64,000 nt of DNA from Bacteroidales bacterium (GCA_017613015.1 JAGAEQ010000073.1:109-64108), one strand, 5' to 3'; counted from the first letter of the stretch, positions 41,273-50,665 are shown. Translations and numbers: made by a program. The notes: generated by a model not told the origin, from the letters alone.

Positions 41273-42144
41273 AACCCATTTTTACTTTCCAATCCGTACT
41301 GCAAACCCTGAAAAACTACTTTTTCATCACCTTGGGGCTGGCCGTCTTCACCTTCGGGTGGAGTGCCTTCCTCCTCCCTTCCGAACTGACCGGAGGCGGC
41401 GTGAGCGGCATCGCCTCCCTGATTTATTTTGCAGACCACCGCATCCCGGTCGCCCTGTCCACCTTTGTCATCAACGGGATTTTCATCGCCGTGGCGTGGA
41501 AGATACTGGGTTCCAGGTTCTGCATCACCACCGGCATCTGCACGGCCATCGTTTCCGCAGGCTTTGCCGTTTTCCAGCCCATGTTCGCCCATCCCTTGGT
41601 GAACGACACCTTCATGTGTGCCATTATCGGGTCCGGCTTGGCCGGTTTCGGCGTGGCGCTGGCCCTGAATTACGGCGGAAACACCGGCGGCACTGACATC
41701 ATTGTCATGATTATCGGCAAGTTCCGAAGGGTGGCCTACGGCAAAGTGACCATGTACATCAACATCTTCATCATCGCCTCCTCCTACCTGATCACCCATT
41801 CCGTGGAGAAACTGGTTTACAGCTTTGTGGTGATGATTGCCTACACCATCGCCTCCGACACCTTCCTGGACGGACACCGCCAGACCTACCAGTTTATGAT
41901 TTTCTCCTCCAAAAACGCGGAAATCGCGGAACGCATCAACACGGAGATGAAACGCGGCGGCACCTTCCTGAAAGGGACGGGGACCTACAGCCATCAGGAA
42001 AGCGACGTGCTGCTCGTATTGGTGCACCGCAGGGACAAACAGCAACTGATGCGCATCATCACCCAGACCGACAAAACCGCCTTCGTCAGCATCGCCAAGA
42101 CCAATGCGGTTTTCGGAAAGAATTTTGACCAAATCCAGCTCTGA
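41269..42144 (+). CDS. YitT family membrane protein (DUF2179-containing)
   Basis: LTGGGVSGIASLI, multiple TM helices and a C-terminal soluble DUF2179-like domain. The ATGA overlap with the upstream gene is at 41269-41272. Confidence 0.85.
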   Translation: MKPIFTFQSVLQTLKNYFFITLGLAVFTFGWSAFLLPSELTGGGVSGIASLIYFADHRIPVALSTFVINGIFIAVAWKILGSRFCITTGICTAIVSAGFAVFQPMFAHPLVNDTFMCAIIGSGLAGFGVALALNYGGNTGGTDIIVMIIGKFRRVAYGKVTMYINIFIIASSYLITHSVEKLVYSFVVMIAYTIASDTFLDGHRQTYQFMIFSSKNAEIAERINTEMKRGGTFLKGTGTYSHQESDVLLVLVHRRDKQQLMRIITQTDKTAFVSIAKTNAVFGKNFDQIQL

Positions 42145-42145
42145 C

Positions 42146-43429
42146 ATGGACAGTCTGCACATTCCCCTGGCCGAGGAAATGCGGCCCCACACCCTAGACC
42201 AATACGTGGGACAAAGCCATCTGGTCGGCGAAGGCGCCATGCTGCGTCAAGCCATCCGGAGCGGAAACCTGCCCTCCATGATCCTGTGGGGGCCTCCGGG
42301 TGTCGGCAAAACCACGCTGGCCCTGCTCATCAGCAACGAGCTGCAACGCCCTTTTTTCAAGCTGAGCGCCGTACATTCCGGCGTGAAAGACGTCAGGGAT
42401 GTCATTGAGAAAGCCCGCCACACCGCCGGAAACTGCATTCTTTTCATTGACGAAATCCACCGTTTCAGCAAAAACCAGCAAGACTCTTTGTTGGGCGCGG
42501 TGGAGGCCGGTGTCGTCACCCTGATTGGCGCCACCACGGAAAACCCTTCCTTTGAGGTGATTTCACCCTTGCTCTCCCGCTGCCAGGTGTATGTGCTGCG
42601 ACCCTTGGAGCAAACGGATCTGCAAACCCTCATGGACCGCGCGGTGGAAGTGATGCAGAAACGCCTGCAACGTCCGGTGAAAATCAGCGAGACGGACGCG
42701 CTGCTCCACATTTCCGGCGGCGACGCCCGCAAGCTGCTGAACGCGGTGGAACTTTGCGCCAACGCCATCGCCGACCGCCAGCAGGACGGCGAAATCGTAT
42801 TGGACAACGCCAAAGTGCAGCACAGCATACAGCAAAACCTCCAAGTGTACGACAAGGGCGGGGAAATGCACTACGACATCATTTCCGCCTTCATCAAATC
42901 CCTGCGCGGCAGCGACCCCAACGCCGCCGTCTATTGGCTGGCCCGCATGATTGCCGGTGGGGAGGACCCCAAGTTCATCGCCCGCCGCATGCTCATTCTG
43001 GCTTCCGAAGACATCGGCAACGCCAACCCCAACGCCCTGCTGCTGGCCTCCGACTGCTTTCAGGCAGTGACGGTCATCGGCATGCCGGAATCACGCATCA
43101 TACTGTCACAGACCGCTATCTACTTGGCCTGTTCACCCAAGAGCAACGCCTCCTACCTCGCCATCGACAAGGCGCTGGCGGAAGTGGAAAAGACCAAGGA
43201 CCTGCCGGTGCCGCTGCACCTGCGCAACGCCCCCACCCGCCTCATGAAAGAGCTTTCCTACGGCAAGGGCTACAAATACGCCCACGATTTTAAAGGCAAT
43301 TTCGCGGAACAGGATTTTCTGCCGCCGGAACTGCAAGGCACCCGCTTTTTCGAGCCGGGCGACAACGCCCGCGAAAACGAGCTGCGGCAACGGCTGCGGC
43401 AATGGTGGAAGGAAAAATACCGGTATTAG
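42146..43429 (+). CDS. rarA: Replication-associated recombination protein A (AAA+ ATPase)
   Basis: 427 aa from MDSLHIPLAEEMRP. It has Walker A GPPGVGKTT, Walker B ILFIDEIHRF and the MgsA C-terminal region HLRNAPT.LMK.LGYG.GY.Y. Confidence 0.95.
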   Translation: MDSLHIPLAEEMRPHTLDQYVGQSHLVGEGAMLRQAIRSGNLPSMILWGPPGVGKTTLALLISNELQRPFFKLSAVHSGVKDVRDVIEKARHTAGNCILFIDEIHRFSKNQQDSLLGAVEAGVVTLIGATTENPSFEVISPLLSRCQVYVLRPLEQTDLQTLMDRAVEVMQKRLQRPVKISETDALLHISGGDARKLLNAVELCANAIADRQQDGEIVLDNAKVQHSIQQNLQVYDKGGEMHYDIISAFIKSLRGSDPNAAVYWLARMIAGGEDPKFIARRMLILASEDIGNANPNALLLASDCFQAVTVIGMPESRIILSQTAIYLACSPKSNASYLAIDKALAEVEKTKDLPVPLHLRNAPTRLMKELSYGKGYKYAHDFKGNFAEQDFLPPELQGTRFFEPGDNARENELRQRLRQWWKEKYRY

Positions 43430-43437
43430 ATTCTCCC

Positions 43438-45450
43438 TTATTTTTGGGTCACCATGCCGGAGATGGTCACGCTGGTGCTGCTGCCTCCCGCATAGGTGGC
43501 ACCGGTGTAATATCCGTTAAAACTGCTGCCACCGCTGATGCTGCCGCCCTGCTTGATGCTGTATTCCCCATTGGCAAGAGCCGGAGAGGAAAAGAGCAGG
43601 GTCAGCCGACCCGTATTGCCACCGCCGGGACCGCCGCCCGGGAAGCCGCCGCCACCGCCGCTGATGGTGGGCACCTGAAAGGTGAGGATATCCGTGCCGT
43701 TGGCATTGGTGATGCAAAGCGCGGTGCCGCTGGTCAGGCTTTTATAGATGAGGGAAGGCTGTGTGCAGACCGAGGCCGTGGGGGTGGAAGTGGCCCCACC
43801 GACGCCCACCATGACGCCTCCGGTGATTTTAAAGGTGTTCTGGTCGCAGTCGAAACCCTCTTCAGGGCTCCTGGAACCGATGGAAATGGCCAAGCCGCCG
43901 GTCACCGTGATGGTGCCGTTGGCATCCATGCCGTCGTTATTGGTGGAATGCGCATAGGTGACGCCGCCGTCAATCTGCAAATGGTTTTTGGCATTGATGC
44001 CGTCGTCATAGGTGTTGAGGATATTGGTGCCGCCCTTGACAAACAGGGTGTCCTTGCTCTCCAAGCCCTCTCCGCCGTCGTTGGAGGTAGTGATGTTGAG
44101 CAGGCCGCTGTAGACATAAAGGTTGCCTTCCGCCCTGACCGCCTTGGGGTTGGAATAGTCGGCATCCATGCCGGAACCGGTCACAAGAAACTTTTTTCCG
44201 GTGGTCTTGGCCGTGAAGCGCAAAGCGCTGTCCGTGCCATTGGCCTGTCCGAAACAGATAATGCCGTCCGCACTGGCGCATTTTCCGCCCGAGCCGGTGG
44301 CCGTCAAATCCAAAACACCCGCAGTGAGAAGGAGGTTTCCGTCCGCCTTGATGCAGGAGGATTTGTAGGAATCAATGGCTCCGGTGCTGTCACGGTAGGT
44401 GCCGCCACCGGAATGGGAGACCACCGTGATGCTTCCGCCAGTCACCTCAATGTTGCCGTCCGCCTTGATGCCGCGTCCCGCCACATTGCTCGCAGGCAGC
44501 GTGATGTTCACCGTGCCGCCGCTGATGCTGATGCTCCCGTCCGCGCCTATGCCGGTGCAGTAGGAAGGGTCGTACCCGCTGCCCACCGTATCCATGACGA
44601 GGCTGCCCGAAGGGGTCAGGGTGAGGTTACCGCCTGAAATAAGGATGTCCCCATCCGCCTTGATGCCTTTTCCGGCATCCGCCGTGTTATTGACGGTGAT
44701 GTTTCCGCCAGTGATGGTGATGCTGTAATCGGAAGAAATGCCGTTTTTCTTGTTGGCGTTCACCACCAACGAGCCGCCGCCCCTGATAGTGGTCACCCCT
44801 TTGGTGTTGATGACCGCTTTCCCGTCGCTGCCGCTGTGGTCGGTCAAAACGCTGGTAGTGCCGTTGGCAAGCGTAATGGTCCGGGCGATTTTCTTGCTCA
44901 GCTTAATGGGCGCGGTAGTGGTGGAGGCAATGGAAACGCCGTTCAGCACCAGCTCGTATTTGGTGTCGCTTTCCAGACTGAACGAACCTTCCGTGGCACT
45001 GCCGGACAAATAATACTTCAAGTCGGCCAAGCCCATGGAAGAAACTATGCTCACCTGGGCACCGCTCACCGTCACCTTGAATTTGGACGAAGTGAAATAA
45101 TGGGTCACGATGGCCGTATCCTGCTGATAATCGATGAAAATCATGGTGGAGTCGTGCACGGCGAGCGTGTCCTGTCCTGTAGTGTCCTGTCCGGTGGTAT
45201 CAATGGCGGGCGCCACCGTGCCGAAAACAATGCTGTCAATGGCGGCCACGGAAAAATCCACCCTCACCCCTTCCCGGAAAAGGAAAAGGTTGTTCAATCC
45301 GGCGGAAAAGGTGATGGAATCCACCGAAGTGATGCCATAAGCCTGCTTGGTGCCGTCGTTGCTATGAATATAAAGGGTGTTCTGCGCATGCAGGGTGTGC
45401 GCCCCGGCCATACAGACCATTATACTGAGTATAAATGCTATCCTTTTCAT
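43438..45450 (-). CDS. Secreted parallel beta-helix protein, Cthe_2159-like carbohydrate-binding family suspected
   Basis: Signal peptide MVCMAGAHTLHAQ. It has many repeats of the type GIKADGDILISGGNLTL / GINAKNHLQIDGGV / GMDANGTITVTGG, and a Gly-rich C-terminus (GGGGGFPGGGPGGG). No T9SS CTD is visible. Confidence 0.7.
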   Translation of the reverse strand: MKRIAFILSIMVCMAGAHTLHAQNTLYIHSNDGTKQAYGITSVDSITFSAGLNNLFLFREGVRVDFSVAAIDSIVFGTVAPAIDTTGQDTTGQDTLAVHDSTMIFIDYQQDTAIVTHYFTSSKFKVTVSGAQVSIVSSMGLADLKYYLSGSATEGSFSLESDTKYELVLNGVSIASTTTAPIKLSKKIARTITLANGTTSVLTDHSGSDGKAVINTKGVTTIRGGGSLVVNANKKNGISSDYSITITGGNITVNNTADAGKGIKADGDILISGGNLTLTPSGSLVMDTVGSGYDPSYCTGIGADGSISISGGTVNITLPASNVAGRGIKADGNIEVTGGSITVVSHSGGGTYRDSTGAIDSYKSSCIKADGNLLLTAGVLDLTATGSGGKCASADGIICFGQANGTDSALRFTAKTTGKKFLVTGSGMDADYSNPKAVRAEGNLYVYSGLLNITTSNDGGEGLESKDTLFVKGGTNILNTYDDGINAKNHLQIDGGVTYAHSTNNDGMDANGTITVTGGLAISIGSRSPEEGFDCDQNTFKITGGVMVGVGGATSTPTASVCTQPSLIYKSLTSGTALCITNANGTDILTFQVPTISGGGGGFPGGGPGGGNTGRLTLLFSSPALANGEYSIKQGGSISGGSSFNGYYTGATYAGGSSTSVTISGMVTQK

Positions 45451-45923
45451 TGTTTGGCAAATTTAAGGGTTTGGTTTCCGATTCTGATGACATAGGCGCC
45501 GCTTTGCAGGGAGGAGACATCAATGCGATCCTGGTATTTTCCCCGCAGCCACATCCGTCCGCTCATGTCACAAATGACATAGCATGCTTTTTCCGCACGG
45601 TCAATCCGGATGAAATCACCGGCCGGATTGGGATAGAGGGTCATCGGCCACACAGCGCAAGCCTCCGCCACGCCGGTCGTTTCCCGAAAATAGATTTTGC
45701 GGATATCCGTCAGGCGGTAAGTCCGCACATCCGTACTAAACCCTTCCACCACAACCAACGAGGTGGTGTCCACAAAATAAAGTTGCTGCAAATGCTCCTT
45801 GGAATAGGTGATTTCCACACTGTCGTTGAACAGCACGCACAGCTCGTACGTCTTTGTCTGCGCCTTCGCACCCCATGGGAACAGCCAGGCGGACACAAAA
45901 AACAAACATAAAATCCGTCGCAT
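45447..45923 (-). CDS. Small T9SS type A sorting-domain protein (158 aa)
   Basis: A signal peptide and a ~70-aa N-domain, followed by the CTD LYPNPAGDFIRI...LQSGAYVIRIGNQTLKFAKQ. Its stop overlaps the next start (ATGA at 45447-45450). Confidence 0.75.
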   Translation of the reverse strand: MRRILCLFFVSAWLFPWGAKAQTKTYELCVLFNDSVEITYSKEHLQQLYFVDTTSLVVVEGFSTDVRTYRLTDIRKIYFRETTGVAEACAVWPMTLYPNPAGDFIRIDRAEKACYVICDMSGRMWLRGKYQDRIDVSSLQSGAYVIRIGNQTLKFAKQ

Positions 45924-46020
45924 GTTTACAAATTTGATTTATTAACTTATTGAATTATATTTATTTATATGATTATCCCAAAAAAATCAGGCCCTGCCAT
46001 CACGGCACAATATTATTATA

Positions 46021-46028
46021 CAAAAATA
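46021..46028 (-). promoter_or_regulatory. -7 promoter element TATTTTTG (minus strand)
   Basis: The plus strand reads CAAAAATA, about 98 nt upstream of the ATG at 45923. Confidence 0.35.
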
Positions 46029-46059
46029 ATACCTATTTCAATCGTTTTCCGACTTTTGT

Positions 46060-46090
46060 AAAAAAAAAAAAGGCTTCATTGCTGAAGCCT
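46060..46090 (-). terminator. Rho-independent terminator downstream of tRNA-Gln
   Basis: On the minus strand, an AGGCTTCA / TGAAGCCT stem (8 bp, 4-nt loop) is followed by 12 T. On the plus strand the A12 run is at 46060-46071. Confidence 0.8.
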
Positions 46091-46096
46091 TCTTTG

Positions 46097-46167
46097 TTGC
46101 CCAAATAGGACTCGAACCCATACAAACAGAACCAGAATCTGGTGTGCTACCATTACACCATTGGGCA
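46097..46167 (-). tRNA. tRNA-Gln (anticodon CUG)
   Basis: The reverse complement folds as a cloverleaf: acceptor TGCCCAA/TTGGGCA (U1-A72), U8, D arm GTGT/GCAC with a GG loop, anticodon loop TTCTGGT, T arm ATGGG-TTCGAGT-CCTAT. CCA is not encoded. There is one C-U mismatch at the top of the anticodon stem. The ends could be off by 1 nt. Confidence 0.8.
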
Positions 46168-46182
46168 ATCACGTTTGATGTG

Positions 46183-46190
46183 CAAAAGTA
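46183..46190 (-). promoter_or_regulatory. -7 promoter element TACTTTTG (minus strand) for tRNA-Gln
   Basis: The plus strand reads CAAAAGTA, 16 nt upstream of the tRNA 5' end. Confidence 0.5.
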
Positions 46191-46330
46191 GTCATTTTAG
46201 GCATGCGCCCACTTCTTTCCGTATTTTTTTTTGTACACTCCAAACGACTGTACATTATAATCTTACAATTCTTTCGCCCTTTTCGTAAGGTCCGAACCGC
46301 GGTTTTTCCCTCCTTTTTTGGCAGCAAATG

Positions 46331-48817
46331 CTACATGTCGTAGGAATCTTCGTAACCGGAAGAGGCATCCTGCTGTTTCTTCATTTCCGGACGCGCATTC
46401 ATGTTTCCGAACTGGTAGGCCACGGTCAGGTTGAAGTGACGGCCCCACTTGCCCTCGTAATCCTGGTAGAATCCGTCACCCGAAGTGATGGTGTGCCAGC
46501 TCTGGGTGTTGAACAAGTCCCTCACACTCAAATTCACGTTCAGTTTTCTGTTGCAGAAACTCTTGCGCAAACCAGCGTCCACACTGTAATTGGCCATGCG
46601 CTGACCCTGCGCCACCAAACGCGGCGCGTCGTAACGCCCAGTCAGCTGCAAGGAGAAGTTCTGCGGCAACGCGACACTTCCGACCATGCGGGCGTTCCAG
46701 GCAAAATCGCTCCCGGCCTCGCCGCACACATCCGAAGTCGCGCCTTCCGGCCGATAGGTGAAGGCATCCATCTCGTGGTAATAGAAATTCACGGTAGTGG
46801 TCAAATCCACCGCCTTGAACAAGGTGTTTTTGGCAATCAGCTCCAGTCCCGTATTGGTCTCGTGAGCCACGTTCACGTGGGTGCTCTTCATCACCTGCCC
46901 CTCGCGGTAGCGGATGCGTTGAATCACGTTGTCAGTGGAGCGGTGGTAAAGCGAAACCGAAACGGTATGCTGTTTCCAGTTTTTCAAATAATTGAACTCT
47001 AATGTATTGGAATATTCCGGCAACAGATAGGGATTTCCGAACGAAAGGTTCATGGAGTCCTCCATGTTGATGAAGGGGTTCAGGCGGGGTCCTCTCGGAC
47101 GGCTGATGCGGCGGGTGTAGTTCAGCTGAATCTCGTTGTTCGCCGGCAAATGGTAGGACAGGAACACACTGGGGAAAAAGTCAAGATAGGAAGTGTCGTA
47201 GGTGGGCACGGTCGCACGGGTCTGTCCGAATCCCAAGGACTGCGTCTTCACGCCGGTGTACTCCCCGCGCAAACCCAGCTGGTAGCTGAATTGCGCTATC
47301 TGATGGGAAAAGGTGGTGTAAAGCGCCTGCACGTTACGCTCGTAAAAAAAGTCGTTATACAGCGACTGGTTCTCCACCAAGGAATTACGCGCATTGCCCG
47401 CAAAAGTCTGCACCGGGCTTTCCTCGTTCTGCCACTCCCCTTTGTAGCCGGCCTCCCATTTCATTTTGTCCGAAAAACGGTTCACGTAATCGGTCTGCAA
47501 GGTCCAAAAGCGGGTCTGGATGTCGCTCTCCTGCCGCTGAAAAGCCGTGTCCGTGGCATAATTGCGGTCATAGGACTGCTCAAACAGATGGACATTCGCC
47601 ATGTTCCATTGGTTATAGGTGGCCAAGGCATCCAAGGTAGATGTGGCGGAAAATTTGTGCTGGTAGCCGAAAGAGGCGCTGCCGCCCCGGTTGTGGTCGT
47701 CCTGGTCGCTGTTGCGCCAACTGGTGTCGTACAAGCCCAAGACATTGGATGTGTAACGGTTATGGCTGGAACCCGACCTTCCGCCGAAATTGCCCATGAG
47801 ATCCAGGTTGAACTGGTCGTTGTCCGTCCAATGGTAGGTCGCGCCGCCTCGGGCGAACAAATGCATGCCCCGATTGACGTTCTCGGCCTCCTGATTCAGG
47901 TAGGAGACTTCCTTGCCAAGGGAGTCCAGGTTGGTGCGCAAGGTGCGCTCGTCCCGAGCAAAAACGTGGCTGCGCAAGCCCATGTTGGCGTACAGGTCCC
48001 AACGCTTGGAGTTGTAGTTGATGTTGGCGTTCAGCGACGTGCCCAAACGGCCGTTGTCGTCCGTGCTTCCACCGGCCTGCACGCTGCCGTAATAGCCTTT
48101 GCGCTTGTCTTTCTTCAGAATAATGTTGATGATGCCGGTCGTCCCCTCCGGGCTGTATTTGGCGGACGGGTTGGTGATGACCTCAATTTTCTCGATGTTG
48201 TCGGCAGGCATCTGCTCCAGAATCTGCCCCTGGTTATCGGCGGTCAGCCCGGAAGGCTTGCCGTCTATCCAAATGGTGACGTTGGTGTTTCCCCGCAGGG
48301 AAATGCTCCCCTCGTTGTCCACCTCCACCGACGGAATGGTCTCTAAAAGCTCGCTGGCCGAACTTCCGGCCGCCGTCAGGGTCTGGTCCACATTGAACAC
48401 TTTTTTGTCCACCTCCAAGGACATCTGGGCGCGCTGCGTCGTCACCTTGACCCCCTTCAAACGGCGGGAGGAGGGAGACATCGCCAGTTTCTGCAAATTG
48501 GCTTCGGGCGTCACGGACGTCACGGAAAAGGTTTTCGACAGAGAATCGTAACCGGTATAGGTCAGCAGGATTTTGTAGGAGCCTTCCGGCAAACCCTTGA
48601 TATGGAACGCGCCGTTTTCATCGGTAATGGCCCCTTTCACCAAGGTGTTGCCCTGCTCGCGGAATACCCGCACCGTCACATATTCCATGGGTGCGGATGT
48701 GTTGTTGTCTGTCACCGAGCCGCGCACGCCGCCGCTCACCTGGGCCTGCGCCGACCAGCCGAAAACGGCTAACAGCAGCGCCGCCACCCATTGCATACCC
48801 TTTTGTACTCTCTTCAT
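46331..48817 (-). CDS. TonB-dependent receptor / outer-membrane beta-barrel protein with CarboxypepD_reg-like N-domain
   Basis: 828 aa from MKRVQKGMQWVAALLLAVFGWSAQAQ. It has a GSVTD...PMEYVTVRV (CarbopepD_reg) domain, a plug (IEKIEVITNPSAKY), and a long beta-barrel ending in an aromatic-rich C-terminus. No adjacent SusD gene. Confidence 0.85.
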   Translation of the reverse strand: MKRVQKGMQWVAALLLAVFGWSAQAQVSGGVRGSVTDNNTSAPMEYVTVRVFREQGNTLVKGAITDENGAFHIKGLPEGSYKILLTYTGYDSLSKTFSVTSVTPEANLQKLAMSPSSRRLKGVKVTTQRAQMSLEVDKKVFNVDQTLTAAGSSASELLETIPSVEVDNEGSISLRGNTNVTIWIDGKPSGLTADNQGQILEQMPADNIEKIEVITNPSAKYSPEGTTGIINIILKKDKRKGYYGSVQAGGSTDDNGRLGTSLNANINYNSKRWDLYANMGLRSHVFARDERTLRTNLDSLGKEVSYLNQEAENVNRGMHLFARGGATYHWTDNDQFNLDLMGNFGGRSGSSHNRYTSNVLGLYDTSWRNSDQDDHNRGGSASFGYQHKFSATSTLDALATYNQWNMANVHLFEQSYDRNYATDTAFQRQESDIQTRFWTLQTDYVNRFSDKMKWEAGYKGEWQNEESPVQTFAGNARNSLVENQSLYNDFFYERNVQALYTTFSHQIAQFSYQLGLRGEYTGVKTQSLGFGQTRATVPTYDTSYLDFFPSVFLSYHLPANNEIQLNYTRRISRPRGPRLNPFINMEDSMNLSFGNPYLLPEYSNTLEFNYLKNWKQHTVSVSLYHRSTDNVIQRIRYREGQVMKSTHVNVAHETNTGLELIAKNTLFKAVDLTTTVNFYYHEMDAFTYRPEGATSDVCGEAGSDFAWNARMVGSVALPQNFSLQLTGRYDAPRLVAQGQRMANYSVDAGLRKSFCNRKLNVNLSVRDLFNTQSWHTITSGDGFYQDYEGKWGRHFNLTVAYQFGNMNARPEMKKQQDASSGYEDSYDM

Positions 48818-48897
48818 CTGCTCTATTTTTAAATGGAATCGCTGCAATTGGGCAAAATTCATGCCACGCCGCTTTTTTTTTCCGCTTCCCCAAAAAC

Positions 48898-50358
48898 TCA
48901 GGCGTTTTTCAGAATCTTGTCAATGTTGTTCAAATCCGCCGCGTATTTCGGATTGGTGGCCTGCTGGTTCTCCACCGCCCTGCAGGCGTGCAGCACCGTG
49001 GCGTGATCCTTGTCGCCGGAGCGGGCACCTATCTGTGCCAAGGAAAGGTTGGTGTATTTTTTCGCAAAATACATGGACAGGTGGCGCACCTGCACAATCT
49101 CCCCTTTTCTTGATTTTGAAAGCATCTGATATACAGGTATGTTAAAGTAGTCACACACCACTTTCTGAATGTAATCGATGGAAATTTCGTGTATGGTGTT
49201 CTGCACAAACTTGTCAATCATCTGCTTGGCTAACTCCACCGTAATGGTCTTACGGTTGAGGGAAGACTGCGCCAGAATGGAAATCAGGGCGCCCTCTATT
49301 TCACGGACATTGGTCACGATACGGTAGGCCAGGTAATCCACCACCTCCTCGTCAATGTCGGTGATGCCGCTGTTGGCCAACTTGCTCTTGATAATCCGGA
49401 CACGGGTCTCCTTGTCGGGAATCTGCAAATCGGCGGAAAGCCCCCATTTGAAACGGGAAAGCAGCCGCTGCTCGAAACCCGCCAAGGACGAAGGCGACTT
49501 GTCGGAAGTGATGACCATCTGCCGGTTCTCCCGCTGGAAGAAATTGAAAATGTGGAAGAAAATCTCCTGTGTCTTCTCTTTTTTGGCAAGGAACTGCACA
49601 TCGTCGATGATGAGCACGTCCAGCATTTGGTAAAAATGGATGAAATCATTGATGGTCTGCGACTTCACCGCCTCCAAATACTGTTGCAGAAAGGTCTCGG
49701 CATCCACATACAGCACGGTTTTCTCCGGAAAATTCGCCTTGATTTCCAAACCGATGGCATGCGCTAAATGGGTTTTTCCCAAACCGACCTCCGAATGGAT
49801 GAACAAAGGGTTGAAGGAGGTTTTACCCGGATTTTTCGCCACGGCGAAACCGGCGGCCCGGGCCAAGCGGTTGCACTCGCCCTCGATGAAGTTGTCGAAA
49901 TTCAGCTGGGAGTTGAGTTGGGAGTTGATGTTGATGGATTTCAGACCCGGTATCACAAAGGGATTGACAATCTCCCTGCCGTGCGGATCGTCATTCACCG
50001 ACTTCGAAAGCGGCGGCATGGCCGGTTGGTTGCTGCCCGCCTCCGTGGAGGAATGGGGAAGCGTCAGCGTTTTCTTGTCCTTGCCGTATTTGCCGTCCTG
50101 CATGACCACACTGTAGGCCAGTTTCCCGTCCGGACCCATCACATGGCGGACGGCGGTTTTCAGCACCTTCCAAAAATTTTTCTCTATAAACTCGTAATAG
50201 AACATGGACGGCACCTGAATGGTCAACTCCTGTTTCTTCAACGAAACGGGGACGACCGGCTGGAACCAGGTTTCAAAATGCTCCTGGCTGAGGTTTGACT
50301 GGATTATCTTCAAACACTCGTTCCAAATTGTCTGATAATTACTGCTTTCCTCCGGCAT
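48898..50358 (-). CDS. dnaA: Chromosomal replication initiator protein DnaA
   Basis: 486 aa. It has an AAA+ Walker A (IHSEVGLGKTHL) and Walker B (LIIDDVQFL). The C-terminal DNA-binding domain carries VRHLSMYFAKKYT and IGARSGDKDHATVLHA. Confidence 0.97.
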   Translation of the reverse strand: MPEESSNYQTIWNECLKIIQSNLSQEHFETWFQPVVPVSLKKQELTIQVPSMFYYEFIEKNFWKVLKTAVRHVMGPDGKLAYSVVMQDGKYGKDKKTLTLPHSSTEAGSNQPAMPPLSKSVNDDPHGREIVNPFVIPGLKSININSQLNSQLNFDNFIEGECNRLARAAGFAVAKNPGKTSFNPLFIHSEVGLGKTHLAHAIGLEIKANFPEKTVLYVDAETFLQQYLEAVKSQTINDFIHFYQMLDVLIIDDVQFLAKKEKTQEIFFHIFNFFQRENRQMVITSDKSPSSLAGFEQRLLSRFKWGLSADLQIPDKETRVRIIKSKLANSGITDIDEEVVDYLAYRIVTNVREIEGALISILAQSSLNRKTITVELAKQMIDKFVQNTIHEISIDYIQKVVCDYFNIPVYQMLSKSRKGEIVQVRHLSMYFAKKYTNLSLAQIGARSGDKDHATVLHACRAVENQQATNPKYAADLNNIDKILKNA

Positions 50359-50665
50359 AATCGCGCTTCCTCAACTTTCTCCGCTATGAGTGTTTTTACC
50401 TTATTTTTTTTACAAACTGCTGAATGAAAAATTGTTATTCTTACTATGACAACCTCATCATACGTTTGCAAAAATAACATAAAAAAGTGAATAAAAAAGT
50501 GCAAACAGGCGAAAAATGCAAGTTTTTTTTGCTATAAGAAGAGATTTTTCAACAAGTCATTGTGAATAAGTAGAGTAAGAATAACACTTTGTATAGCAGT
50601 TTTTTATACATTCACCGACCCGAAAAACCAAGTGACTATCCCTCTGTTTTCCAAACAGAAAAGGG
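50359..50665. other. AT-rich dnaA-upstream region: candidate oriC / dnaA regulatory region
   Basis: About 25-35% G+C by direct count of a 60-nt line. DnaA-box-like 9-mers are TGTGAATAA (50561-50569; one mismatch to TGTGGATAA) and AGTGAATAA (50486-50494). There is a 12-bp perfect inverted repeat GTTATTCTTACT (50434-50445) / AGTAAGAATAAC (50574-50585), plus several T8 runs. Confidence 0.35.
50469..50476 (-). promoter_or_regulatory. -7 promoter element TATTTTTG (minus strand) for dnaA
   Basis: The plus strand reads CAAAAATA, about 110 nt upstream of the dnaA ATG. Confidence 0.35.

Noticed and set aside
41260-42240. 326-aa minus-strand ORF
   Set aside because: Antisense to the YitT-family gene, which is hydrophobic and polytopic with family motifs. 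The ORF has Gly/Asp/His-rich shadow composition.
43402-44637. 411-aa plus-strand ORF
   Set aside because: Antisense to the beta-helix protein gene. It is Ala/Gly/Asp-rich and mirrors the Gly-rich repeats of the true frame.
45165-45200. 15-nt tandem duplication (encodes TGQDT TGQDT) and the short AAGAAG-type repeats at 8397-8425
   Set aside because: Each has only two or three copies. One lies within coding sequence and the other sits just after a stop. Neither has CRISPR-like spacing or repeat-spacer architecture.
43438-46330. Possible integrated element next to tRNA-Gln
   Set aside because: I could see no integrase, no transposase and no direct repeat of the tRNA 3' end near 43430. The GC content of the two adjacent genes matches the window. 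The idea is kept only as a remark within the T9SS-pair finding.
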